This document shows positions 18,923 through 27,350 of a DNA stretch of 64,000 nt, piece after piece (the first letter of the stretch is position 1; each line of letters begins with the position of its first letter). The DNA comes from Peptococcaceae bacterium (lineage in GTDB: Bacteria; Bacillota; Desulfitobacteriia; Desulfitobacteriales; Syntrophobotulaceae). The notes below the pieces were generated by a model that searched no databases, had not been told where the DNA came from, and saw nothing but the letters and a program-made list of their open reading frames with translations. The stretch is taken from positions 2,587 to 66,586 of the forward strand of contig JAAYMU010000045.1 of assembly GCA_012521215.1 (NCBI GenBank). Reading direction: 5' to 3'. Made by a program: the position numbers and the translations under genes.

Positions 18923-18990
18923 AGAAGTCAGGAATTTTCAAGAATACTTGACTCTTGTTCTTGTATTCTGACTTTTGACTCCTGACTTCT
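18923..18990 (-). other. Extended imperfect hairpin (about 18 bp in two helices) between acpP and rnc
   Basis: AGAAGTCAGGA (18923-33) pairs with TCCTGACTTCT (18980-90). AGAATAC (18941-47) pairs with GTATTCT (18963-69). No U-tract follows on the transcribed strand. Confidence 0.5.
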
Positions 18991-19014
18991 TATAAAAGTG
19001 TCGATAATTAAGGA

Positions 19015-19242
19015 CTACTGATTATCCTTGATATAATTAACTATATCATCAATATTCTGAATGTTTTCCACCTCTTCATCGGCAATATCAATGTTAAACT
19101 CTTCTTCTAAAGCCATAATCAATTCTACAATGTCCAGAGAATCCGCATCTAGGGCTTGAAAAGTAGTAGTCGGAGTAATTTCGTCCTCTTCAACTCCCAG
19201 CTGGTCTACAACAATAGCTTTAACTTTTTCATAAATATCCAC
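19015..19242 (-). CDS. acpP: Acyl carrier protein
   Basis: [19 protein letters not shown] phosphopantetheine-Ser motif. GTG start with GGGGGTGG upstream. Confidence 0.95.
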   Translation of the reverse strand: MDIYEKVKAIVVDQLGVEEDEITPTTTFQALDADSLDIVELIMALEEEFNIDIADEEVENIQNIDDIVNYIKDNQ

Positions 19243-19330
19243 TATATGCCACCCCCTCTCCGTAGAAATATTACTAAGTTTCCAGAGTATCTTACCATAT
19301 TATCCTAAAGTAATACATCTTTTATTCAGA

Positions 19331-19359
19331 ATTGTACCAGTATTTATCAAGGCAAGCAA
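19331..19359 (-). promoter_or_regulatory. Sigma-A promoter for acpP
   Basis: On the minus strand TTGCTT-N17-TACAAT, with TGG immediately 5' of the -10. Confidence 0.55.
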
Positions 19360-19386
19360 CTTTAGCCTATTATGTTTTTATTATAA

Positions 19387-20376
19387 TTAGATTATTTCCA
19401 AACTGCTATTAATTTTTTCCGGTATATTTATTTCCACACACTCTTTGGCCACTCTCACCGCATTAAAAATCGCTTTGGCTTTGGAACTGCCATGGCAAAT
19501 AATACTTGTTCCGTTAACCCCCAGCAAAGGAGCACCACCATATTCGGAATAATCCATAGTCTGGGCTATTTCTTTTAGGCCGGGCTTTATAAGCATTGCC
19601 CCTATTTTTCTGCTTGTGTTCAAAGTGATTTTTTCTTTTATTAATTCGAACAAAGAGGAGGCCATACCTTCAATGGTTTTAAGCACAATATTGCCCACAA
19701 AGGCATCACAGACAATTACATCGGCCGTTCCATAAGGGATGTCACGTCCTTCTATATTGCCTATGAAATTAAACGGAGCTTCCTTAAATAAGTCATAAGC
19801 CGCCCGCACTAGTTCATTGCCCTTTCCTTCCTCACTGCCAATATTGAGGAGAGCCACTCTTGGATTATTAAGACCTAGAATTTGTTCCGCATATATGCTG
19901 CCCATAATTCCGTATTGAAGAAGGTTTTCAGGTTTGGCATCTGGATTAGCACCAACATCGAGCAGGAGTTTGCCTTTTTTAAGAGTAGGTAATACCGTAG
20001 CTATAGCCGGACGGTTGATTCCTTTAATCCTGCCTAATATCAGCAATGCTGCCGCCATTTGGGCGCCCGTACTGCCTGCGGATACCAGGGCATCAGCATA
20101 ACCCTCTTTAACCAGTCTGGTAGCCACTACAATCGAAGCATCCTTTTTTTTCTTAATAGCTGCCGCCGGTTGTTCATCCATAGCAATTACTTCGGTGGCC
20201 TCATAGATTTCCATATTTGTTTTTAAAGTGTTTCCCGGAATATGCTCTAAAATTTTGTCTTTTTGTCCCACAAGAATAATATGTAATTCAGGATATGCTT
20301 CAGCGGCTCTAAAAGCTCCTTGTACTATTTCGGACGGAGCATAATCCCCGCCCATGGCATCCAGTGCGATTTTCAT
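19387..20376 (-). CDS. plsX: Phosphate acyltransferase PlsX
   Basis: MKIALDAMGGDYAP and family-wide similarity. Confidence 0.95.
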   Translation of the reverse strand: MKIALDAMGGDYAPSEIVQGAFRAAEAYPELHIILVGQKDKILEHIPGNTLKTNMEIYEATEVIAMDEQPAAAIKKKKDASIVVATRLVKEGYADALVSAGSTGAQMAAALLILGRIKGINRPAIATVLPTLKKGKLLLDVGANPDAKPENLLQYGIMGSIYAEQILGLNNPRVALLNIGSEEGKGNELVRAAYDLFKEAPFNFIGNIEGRDIPYGTADVIVCDAFVGNIVLKTIEGMASSLFELIKEKITLNTSRKIGAMLIKPGLKEIAQTMDYSEYGGAPLLGVNGTSIICHGSSKAKAIFNAVRVAKECVEINIPEKINSSLEII

Positions 20377-20395
20377 ATTTTTCTACCTCCTTAAT

Positions 20396-20432
20396 ACAAA
20401 AAGCTGTGACTAACATTAAGTCAACAGCTTTT
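20396..20432 (-). terminator. Intrinsic terminator after rpmF
   Basis: On the minus strand AGCTGTTGAC-loop-GTCACAGCT (one bulge) is followed by TTTTTGTATT. Confidence 0.65.
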
Positions 20433-20455
20433 GCTACCATGTACTAATAATGCCT

Positions 20456-20635
20456 TTACTCACCCATGGGGATTACTTCTTTGCCCTTATAATAGCCGCA
20501 GCTTGCACAAATATGATGCGGAAGCTTTTGTTTATGGCATTGGGGACATTCTACGAAGTTAGGTGTAGAGAGTTTTTGCGTTGCCCTACGCATACGAACT
20601 CTTGATTTGGATTGTTTACTTTGTTGAACACCCAT
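20456..20635 (-). CDS. rpmF: 50S ribosomal protein L32
   Basis: My own translation is MGVQQSKQSKSRVRMRRATQKLSTPNFVECPQCHKQKLPHHICASCGYYKGKEVIPMGE (59 aa, below the track cutoff). It has the CxxC...CxxC zinc ribbon and starts 3 nt after the yceD stop. Confidence 0.92.
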   Translation of the reverse strand: MGVQQSKQSKSRVRMRRATQKLSTPNFVECPQCHKQKLPHHICASCGYYKGKEVIPMGE

Positions 20636-20638
20636 TTA

Positions 20639-21151
20639 TTACACTCCCTTATTCCATTTAGATAATATCGCGAGACGCGGATCAATATCATTGTCTACGC
20701 AGGTGCAAGAATTCAAATTGAGATCTGTTCCACATTGAGGACATAGGCCTTGGCAGGAGTCAGAACAGATGAAACGCATCGGTAGATGAAGCAAGATGTG
20801 CTCTTGAATACGCTCATCGATGCTAAATTCATCCTTGTCAAAAACAAAGGCATCATTGTCATCATGGTTTTCCACATAATATTTTTCCGGAATAAACTCA
20901 TCCTCAAAATCAAAACTCATTTGATAGGAAAAGTTCTTTAGACACTTGGAGCACATAACTTCAAGGCCACCGTTGATCCTACCCTCAACGAACAGAGATT
21001 TACCGGTATTATTAACAGTCAAGTGAACCTCAATTGGAGACTGAAAAAAATACTTGCTTTCACCCAGTTGTAGAGGTGGAAAGTCTTCACGAAAAAAGAA
21101 ATTCTCCGTGCCTCCAACTGTTCGCCTCAGCTCAGCAACATTTAGCATCAC
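20639..21151 (-). CDS. yceD: YceD/DUF177 family protein (large-subunit rRNA accumulation)
   Basis: C-terminal CSDSCQGLCPQCGTDLN motif. It sits in the conserved position upstream of rpmF. Confidence 0.88.
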   Translation of the reverse strand: MMLNVAELRRTVGGTENFFFREDFPPLQLGESKYFFQSPIEVHLTVNNTGKSLFVEGRINGGLEVMCSKCLKNFSYQMSFDFEDEFIPEKYYVENHDDNDAFVFDKDEFSIDERIQEHILLHLPMRFICSDSCQGLCPQCGTDLNLNSCTCVDNDIDPRLAILSKWNKGV

Positions 21152-21181
21152 CGGTAATCACCCCAATATACAACAACTGTA

Positions 21182-21210
21182 ATTATAGATATCCCCCATT
21201 TTTTTGTCAA
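21182..21210 (-). promoter_or_regulatory. Consensus sigma-A promoter for yceD-rpmF
   Basis: On the minus strand TTGACA (21210-21205) -N17- TATAAT (21187-21182), a perfect consensus. Confidence 0.7.
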
Positions 21211-21230
21211 GAAAATACTTAGCCCCTAAT

Positions 21231-22439
21231 TTAAGATTTAAGCCCGGTCACTATCTCTTCCGTATCCAAAGCAATCATAAGTTCCTCATTGGTGGGAATT
21301 ACCAGCACTCTGCATTTTGCATCCGGGCTGGAGATATCAATTTCTTTACCACGGGCATTTTTATTTTTCTCATCATCCAGGCTAACCCCAAGATAGGATA
21401 AAGTGTTGCAGATACTTTCACGCATTGTATGTGAATTCTCACCTACCCCGGCTGTAAAGACGATGGCATCCGCACCGTCGAGAATGGCGGCATAAGAACC
21501 GATATATTTTTTTACATCATGGGCAAAAACATCCAAAGCCAGTTGGGCCCGGTAGTTGCCGGCTTGAGCGGCTTCCTCAAGATCCCGGAAATCACTGCTT
21601 ACCCCGGAGAGACCTAAGACGCCGCTTTTCTTGTTAAGTATATCATTGGCTTGCTGGGCAGTCAGACCTTCTTTGTCAATAATGTAAGAAACAATAGTCG
21701 GATCAATATCGCCGGACCTGGTGCCCATCATTAATCCTTCTAAGGGAGTTAGCCCCATTGAAGTATCAACACATTTTCCACCGCTGATTGCTGCAATAGA
21801 AGAACCATTGCCCAAGTGACAGGTTATGATTTTCAAATCGGCTATATCTTTATTGAGCAACGCAGCAGCCCTTTGGCTTACATATTTATGGGAAGTACCA
21901 TGGAAGCCATAACGGCGGATATGATATTTTTCATAAAATTCGTAAGGAATACCATAAATATAAGACTCAGCAGGCATAGTTTGATGGAAAGCAGTATCAA
22001 AAACAGCAACCTGGGGAGTATCCGGCATTAATTTTTCGCAGGCCTCGATTCCGGCCAGATTAGCTGGATTATGTAACGGACTAAGCTCGATGCAATCCGT
22101 TATAATTTGTTTCACCTCTTCATTAACCAGTACTGAGGAAGCAATTTTTTCTCCTCCATGCACAACTCTATGACCTACGGCATCGATTTCCTCCAAAGAT
22201 TTAATAACCCCATGCTCCGGATGTAATATAGCATCTAAGACCACTTTAATAGCCGCTACATGATCCGGCAATTCAGTCTCAACCACAACCTTTTCCTTAT
22301 CTGCAGGCCGATGATTCAAAACGGATCCAGGGATTCCAATCCTTTCAACCAGTCCTTTGGCAATTGGATTCTTTGTATTCATGTCCATCAATTGATACTT
22401 TAGTGATGAACTTCCACAGTTAATAACAAGAATTTTCAT
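21231..22439 (-). CDS. ackA: Acetate kinase
   Basis: [25 protein letters not shown] and ASKHA-fold motifs. Confidence 0.96.
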   Translation of the reverse strand: MKILVINCGSSSLKYQLMDMNTKNPIAKGLVERIGIPGSVLNHRPADKEKVVVETELPDHVAAIKVVLDAILHPEHGVIKSLEEIDAVGHRVVHGGEKIASSVLVNEEVKQIITDCIELSPLHNPANLAGIEACEKLMPDTPQVAVFDTAFHQTMPAESYIYGIPYEFYEKYHIRRYGFHGTSHKYVSQRAAALLNKDIADLKIITCHLGNGSSIAAISGGKCVDTSMGLTPLEGLMMGTRSGDIDPTIVSYIIDKEGLTAQQANDILNKKSGVLGLSGVSSDFRDLEEAAQAGNYRAQLALDVFAHDVKKYIGSYAAILDGADAIVFTAGVGENSHTMRESICNTLSYLGVSLDDEKNKNARGKEIDISSPDAKCRVLVIPTNEELMIALDTEEIVTGLKS

Positions 22440-22643
22440 TAGAAAACGCTCCCTTTCTTTTTGCCCCTTTAATTTAAAAATTGGGCAAATAAAAATCCGA
22501 TTTTAGTCTAACACATTTTTTATAAAAATAAAATAATATGGCGAATTTACGTAATCTTTAGAATTCATAGCTTCTTTTTTCATATATATTAACTATATGT
22601 ATTTTTCCCCAAAAACAGTGATTGGAAACAAGCAGGTGGTAGA

Positions 22644-23804
22644 GTGTCAGCCTTTTTAAAAGTCTTTCCCTTTTTGCTCTTAATCTCAGTTATGTTTATC
22701 TATCCACAAGAAGTGCTCTCCTCGGCCTCAATCGGCCTAAGCCTTTGGGCTAACTATGTCTTGCCGGCCTTACTTCCTTTCTTTATTATCTCCGATCTAT
22801 TAATGAAACAAGGTTTTATCCACTTTCTGGGGGTTATGCTAGAACCCCTAATGCGTCCCCTTTTCCGTCTCCCAGGTAAAGCCTCCTTTATTATTGCCAT
22901 GACTCACACTTCGGGCATCCCCATAGGAGCTATTCTTACCTGCAAAATGCGCCAAGCAGGGGAGTTAACAAAATATGAAGGGGAACGGTTGCTGGCTTTT
23001 ACCAGCAATCCCAGTCCGGGATTCATGTTTGGTGCGGTTGCTTCCGGCATGTTAGGCAATCCCGCTTTGGGAATTATAATCGCCGGTTCGGTCTATATAG
23101 CAAACATTATTGTCGGCCTGCTTTTTCGTTTCTATGGACCACACCAGCCCCTTCAAACCAAATATAGCTTTTCTTTACACCAAGCCTGGCGGGAAATGGA
23201 AGCCGTCCAGAAAAAAAATAAAAAACCGCTTGGCGATATGTTAGCGGAAGCAATACGGGAAAGCCTCTCCACAATGCTCTTAGTTGGAGGATTTATTGTT
23301 TTATTTTCGGTAATAACCCATATGCTCAATATCTTGCCCATAGTCTCGAAATTAGCTCATGGAATTTCTTTTCTCACCTCAGGAAAAATCCCCCCTACGG
23401 GCGGGAACGCTCTAATTCAAGGTTTTTTAGAAACAACTTTGGGCTGTAAAGCTGCCGTTTCAAGTTTTTCCTCTCTCCATCTTCAAATAGGAGTCATAGC
23501 TTTCATACTTGGTTGGGGAGGATTATCGGTATTTGCCCAAGTAGCCAGTTTCACCTCATCAACCGATTTACGCTTTCTGCCATTTGTATTGGGAAGGATT
23601 CTGCATGCCTTCTTAGCTATTGTTATCAGTCAAATTTTACTGCACTGGACAGTGCTTCCCACCATGCTGCCGATAAGGTTAGAAAATTTGCCCCTCTGGC
23701 TTTATTCCTTACAGTGGAGCACGGTGTATTTTGCTTTCTTGCTTTTACTATTAGTAATTTGTGCTCTATTTTCTTTGTTTTGGTTTCAGAGCGGCAGAAG
23801 ATAA
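22644..23804 (+). CDS. ylbJ: Sporulation integral membrane protein YlbJ (nucleoside-recognition/Gate domain)
   Basis: Polytopic membrane protein with YlbJ-like sequence. GTG start preceded by AGGTGGT. The neighbourhood with rsmD matches Bacillus. Confidence 0.85.
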   Translation: MSAFLKVFPFLLLISVMFIYPQEVLSSASIGLSLWANYVLPALLPFFIISDLLMKQGFIHFLGVMLEPLMRPLFRLPGKASFIIAMTHTSGIPIGAILTCKMRQAGELTKYEGERLLAFTSNPSPGFMFGAVASGMLGNPALGIIIAGSVYIANIIVGLLFRFYGPHQPLQTKYSFSLHQAWREMEAVQKKNKKPLGDMLAEAIRESLSTMLLVGGFIVLFSVITHMLNILPIVSKLAHGISFLTSGKIPPTGGNALIQGFLETTLGCKAAVSSFSSLHLQIGVIAFILGWGGLSVFAQVASFTSSTDLRFLPFVLGRILHAFLAIVISQILLHWTVLPTMLPIRLENLPLWLYSLQWSTVYFAFLLLLLVICALFSLFWFQSGRR

Positions 23805-23807
23805 AAG

Positions 23808-24296
23808 CTATTCCTCAGCGTTATTATCCTCATTGTCATCCCAACGAGCCATATTACTTAATTCTTCCCTACTGGCTTGAATAGTTTTAAATACTTCTTC
23901 CAATTTTAAGGCAATATCATTTAAGAGCTCATCTGAATATTTGAGGGCCCCAAGTTTTACCTCCCGGGAATACTGTTGAGCTTTTTCCACCAATTCTTCG
24001 GCATAAGCACGGGATTGAATTGTAATCTCATCCTCTTTTAGCAATTGCTCTGCCTGCTTTTCGGCCCGTTCCACAATCATTTGGCCTTCTAATCTGGCAT
24101 TTTCGATAAGACGGTCCCTGTCGGCCAGCAGTAGATTAGCCTGTCTGATTTCTTCCGGCAATTCCGTACGTATACTATCCAAAATTTCCAGAACTACTTC
24201 TTCATCCACCATAACTTTTCCGGTTAGGGGTACTTTTGTGCCATGATCAATTATTTCTTCCAACTGTTCAATAAGATCAAGCAAACGGTTTTCCAA
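23808..24296 (-). CDS. Conserved acidic coiled-coil protein (ATP-synthase subunit b / V-ATPase subunit H-like annotation class)
   Basis: Heptad-rich 162-aa ORF with good coding appearance, downstream of rsmD. Its function is not recognisable. Confidence 0.55.
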   Translation of the reverse strand: MENRLLDLIEQLEEIIDHGTKVPLTGKVMVDEEVVLEILDSIRTELPEEIRQANLLLADRDRLIENARLEGQMIVERAEKQAEQLLKEDEITIQSRAYAEELVEKAQQYSREVKLGALKYSDELLNDIALKLEEVFKTIQASREELSNMARWDDNEDNNAEE

Positions 24297-24310
24297 GCTT
24301 ATTCCTCTCC

Positions 24311-24859
24311 TTACTTCTCAACTTCCTGAAGAAACCATATTTTAGTGTCACCATAATCTTTCGTTATTCTGATTTCCAAAGGGTGTACTTCTTGCAAGAT
24401 TTCTTCCGTAGATGCGGTCTCGGCAACAATTACCCCGTCGGAATTCAAGATTCTAAGATTCTTTATAATAGACAAGGCCTTATCGATAAGACCATGATTA
24501 TATGGAGGATCAAGAAATATTAAATCAAACTTTTCTTGATTTTGACTTAAAAACTTAAAGGCGTCCATTTTTATAACTAAAGCTTTATTTTCAGCTCCCA
24601 AGAGGGCTCTGTTTTCTACAGCTATCTTATAGGGCTCATAGCTTCTCTCCACAAGAACCGCCTCTTTTGCCCCCCGGGATAGTGCTTCCCAGGATAAGTT
24701 ACCGGTCCCGGCAAATAAATCGAGGACTTTAGCCTCTAAAACTTTATTTCCTAAAATATTAAAAATTGCACCTTTGACTTTATCTGCAGTCGGCCGGGTT
24801 TCCAAACCTTTAACGGTTTTTAAACGTCGTCCTTTCCAGTTCCCGGATATTATACGCAT
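24311..24859 (-). CDS. rsmD: 16S rRNA (guanine966-N2)-methyltransferase
   Basis: RIISGNWKGRRL, LDLFAGTG and the DPPY motif. Confidence 0.92.
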   Translation of the reverse strand: MRIISGNWKGRRLKTVKGLETRPTADKVKGAIFNILGNKVLEAKVLDLFAGTGNLSWEALSRGAKEAVLVERSYEPYKIAVENRALLGAENKALVIKMDAFKFLSQNQEKFDLIFLDPPYNHGLIDKALSIIKNLRILNSDGVIVAETASTEEILQEVHPLEIRITKDYGDTKIWFLQEVEK

Positions 24860-25076
24860 TTAGTTCATCCTAGAATTAGATTTTATCCTAAAAATTGGTT
24901 TTATGGTCTGAAATTTTTTATTCTCTTATCATAATTTTATTATCGTAATTATTGTAAGTATTTTTTAATTGATTTTTGATACTTATCGACTTTATTTTAT
25001 TATACAATATCTGTCTAATTTTCAATACTTTTTTATGATCTTAAACTCAAAAGCTCAGACTAAGATTAATTAAACA

Positions 25077-25107
25077 TGAATAGAGCAGCCTCAAACAAAA
25101 CATACTA
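25077..25107 (+). promoter_or_regulatory. Sigma-G-type forespore promoter
   Basis: TGAATA (25077-82) -N18- CATACTA (25101-07) fits the B. subtilis sigma-G consensus GHATR-N17/18-CATXHTA. It lies 140 nt upstream of the gpr ATG. Confidence 0.5.
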
Positions 25108-25160
25108 AAGAAAGTTTCGAAACTACATCTTTTAACCTTCTCATCATAATTCCTTCTTTG

Positions 25161-25184
25161 CTGGCCTTTAGGCCAGTTCTTTTC
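25161..25184 (+). terminator. Terminator-like hairpin between the sigma-G promoter and gpr
   Basis: CTGGCC-TTTA-GGCCAG is followed by TTCTTTTC. Confidence 0.4.
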
Positions 25185-25247
25185 AATATTTTTATGTAAT
25201 TCTTTTCAATATTCATTTTTAATATTTTTTAGTAAGGGAGTATCTCC

Positions 25248-26234
25248 ATGAAAAAGTCAAGCTTCTTAAAAAAAATGAACATTCATTTAGACTTGGCTGT
25301 AGAAGCTCATGAACTTCTACGCGGTGAAACGGGTAGGGAAGTTGCCGGCGTTATAATGGAAAAAGAAGAACTCGGTCCTACAGCAGTTACTACTATCACT
25401 ATTACCAATAACAAGGGTGAACAGGAACTTGGCCGGCCCAAAGGTAACTATATAACCATTGATGCCCCGTATATCAAACATAACGACCCCCAGCAACATA
25501 AGGAATTAGCAAAAATATTAGCCCGACATTTTGCCAAGCTATGCCAATTGCACGAAGACTCCAATATCTTGATTGTAGGTCTTGGGAATTGGCAGGCAAC
25601 ACCTGACGCCCTAGGACCCAAAGTAGTGGAAAAAATATTAGTAACCCGTCATCTTTTCCATTATGCACCGGAAGAAATAGAAGGCAATATGCGCCAAGTC
25701 GCAGCCATCTCTCCTGGGGTCTTAGGACTTACAGGTATTGAAACCGCAGAAGTAATTCGCGGCCTGGTAGATCATGTCAAACCTGATTATGTTATAGCAA
25801 TTGATTCCTTAGCTGCCGGCGCTTTGGAAAGAATCGGGACTACAATTCAGTTAGCGGATACCGGAATAAACCCCGGCTCAGGTATAGGCAACCATCGCAA
25901 GGGTCTAACCGAAGAAACCTTGGGTTGTAAGGTTATCGCCATAGGCGTACCCACGGTTGTTAATGCTGCGGTGATTGCCCATAAAACAGTGGAAGAACTA
26001 TTCAATCAAATGGAAGCCCAGCCTGCCCTTTCTAAAATTTATACCGAGGAAAATGAACAAGTTTTGTTTGAAGTTATGAAAAAAGCTCTATCCCCTTTTC
26101 AGGATACCTTGATGGTTACTCCTAAAGAAGTTGATGAGCTTATAGACCACGGCTCCAGGATTATTGCTAATGCCTTGAATCTCAGTATCCATCCCGGAGT
26201 TTCTGATTATAACTTTGAAACCTATCTTCAATAA
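25248..26234 (+). CDS. gpr: Germination protease GPR (spore endopeptidase)
   Basis: LDLAVEAHEL, GLGNWQATPDALGP and IAIDSLAA motifs. AAGGGAG lies 7 nt upstream of the ATG. Confidence 0.93.
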   Translation: MKKSSFLKKMNIHLDLAVEAHELLRGETGREVAGVIMEKEELGPTAVTTITITNNKGEQELGRPKGNYITIDAPYIKHNDPQQHKELAKILARHFAKLCQLHEDSNILIVGLGNWQATPDALGPKVVEKILVTRHLFHYAPEEIEGNMRQVAAISPGVLGLTGIETAEVIRGLVDHVKPDYVIAIDSLAAGALERIGTTIQLADTGINPGSGIGNHRKGLTEETLGCKVIAIGVPTVVNAAVIAHKTVEELFNQMEAQPALSKIYTEENEQVLFEVMKKALSPFQDTLMVTPKEVDELIDHGSRIIANALNLSIHPGVSDYNFETYLQ

Positions 26235-26244
26235 ATAAGAAATT

Positions 26245-26352
26245 CTACCCCTTCTTTTGTCTTTTCTTGCTCTGGGGAAGTCCCATTTCTTGAGCAACTT
26301 CATACTTCAAGTTTTCGATTTCTTTAATTTTATCGACATTCTTTTTAACCAA
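26245..26352 (-). CDS. Candidate 35-aa alpha/beta-SASP-like mini-protein
   Basis: TTG start with GGAGGT 6 nt upstream. The translation is (M)VKKNVDKIKEIENLKYEVAQEMGLPQSKKRQKKG. KYEVAQEMGL resembles the first conserved SASP block (K-x-E-I/V-A-x-E-F/L/M-G-V/L), which holds the GPR cleavage site. The second SASP block is absent. Confidence 0.35.
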   Translation of the reverse strand: MVKKNVDKIKEIENLKYEVAQEMGLPQSKKRQKKG

Positions 26353-26426
26353 GACAATACCTCCTAAATTATATCTAGCAATAGTATTAATCCCGGTTAC
26401 TTAAAAAATACCAGTAAATTGCTGGC

Positions 26427-27290
26427 TTATTTATTTGTCGGGCTGTTGTTTCTCCAGTAAACACAGCCAATCTTAGCTTTAATAATTTCTGTCACCTGAT
26501 TATTTTGCGCTTTACTTTTTAAAAAGTCAGCAATATCTGCTTTTTGAGCCGAGGTTAAAGCTACCCTGCGTCCCAGCCTTTTTTGGTAATGCCTAATGGT
26601 CTCTTCCAAAGACCTTACCACTTTTCTTTGCGTATTAAGGTAGAATATCTGCGGATAAAAATTAGCAAGCCAAAGCAGGTTAAAGCTGCAGTAAAGTCCT
26701 TTATTACCATACTTGTCACCGGCCTGGCTTCCTAAAATCCTTTTTTTCAGTTCTTCACCTATGGAGTCGCGTTGCAAAAAATGGCACAGCAGGCAGTGTC
26801 CCCTGCTGGCTTGAGTCATTTTTTCCAGGCTCTTTCTGTTACTGATGGCCGGGGACATAATTGCTGTAACCAAACTAAATTTGTTAATCCAACCTAAAGC
26901 TTGCAAATCAACCTTATGCCAGTCTAAATATTTAAATTGTACATTATCCAGACCGGCGGCCAGAAGATTGTTTTCCGCGGCTTCCAACATTTTAGGGGAA
27001 ATATCCACTCCAACAACTTGCCCCTTTCTAGAGGTACGTGCAAATTCCAGAGCAAATTTTCCGGGTCCGCAGCCAATATCCAAAACCATACTTGTTTCTT
27101 GGAGTATTTGTTTTTCTATTAAAAACCGGGTAATTAAGTCAATTCGCTCATCGGGCTCATCGCCGGTAAACTCATGAACCCGCTCATCCCATGATTTTGA
27201 GTCTCCTTCTCTATAGCTTTCGTATTCTTCTTCTTTTTGGGCCCATAGCTGCTCAAAATATTCCATATTCACCTTACCAACCCCCATCAT
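26427..27290 (-). CDS. Class I SAM-dependent methyltransferase
   Basis: VLDIGCGPGKF motif I. The start is uncertain; MEYFEQ at 27266 is possible. Confidence 0.8.
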   Translation of the reverse strand: MMGVGKVNMEYFEQLWAQKEEEYESYREGDSKSWDERVHEFTGDEPDERIDLITRFLIEKQILQETSMVLDIGCGPGKFALEFARTSRKGQVVGVDISPKMLEAAENNLLAAGLDNVQFKYLDWHKVDLQALGWINKFSLVTAIMSPAISNRKSLEKMTQASRGHCLLCHFLQRDSIGEELKKRILGSQAGDKYGNKGLYCSFNLLWLANFYPQIFYLNTQRKVVRSLEETIRHYQKRLGRRVALTSAQKADIADFLKSKAQNNQVTEIIKAKIGCVYWRNNSPTNK

Positions 27291-27350
27291 CCCTATACTA
27301 TCTTATATAAGTCCCCGGCTTCCGGCTCCTATCTTTTTATCGCTATAAAT

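Noticed and set aside
19243-20376. Absence of fabD/fabG/fapR between plsX and acpP as a sign of deletion or rearrangement.
   Set aside because: acpP has its own good promoter and plsX is intact. The fab genes are simply likely to be elsewhere, as in many Clostridia. There is no sequence scar or pseudogene remnant in the 144-nt spacer.
22440-22643. A CcpA cre site or sporulation (sigma-E) promoter in the divergent ackA-ylbJ region.
   Set aside because: The best candidates (AGAAAACGCTCCCT for cre, TCATATAT...ATATGTAT for sigma-E) deviate from consensus at several core positions, so they are not reportable.
26088-26303. 71-aa minus-strand ORF overlapping the 3' end of gpr.
   Set aside because: It overlaps conserved gpr coding sequence in antisense and has no RBS. 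The shorter TTG-initiated ORF in a different frame (26245-26352) explains the region better.
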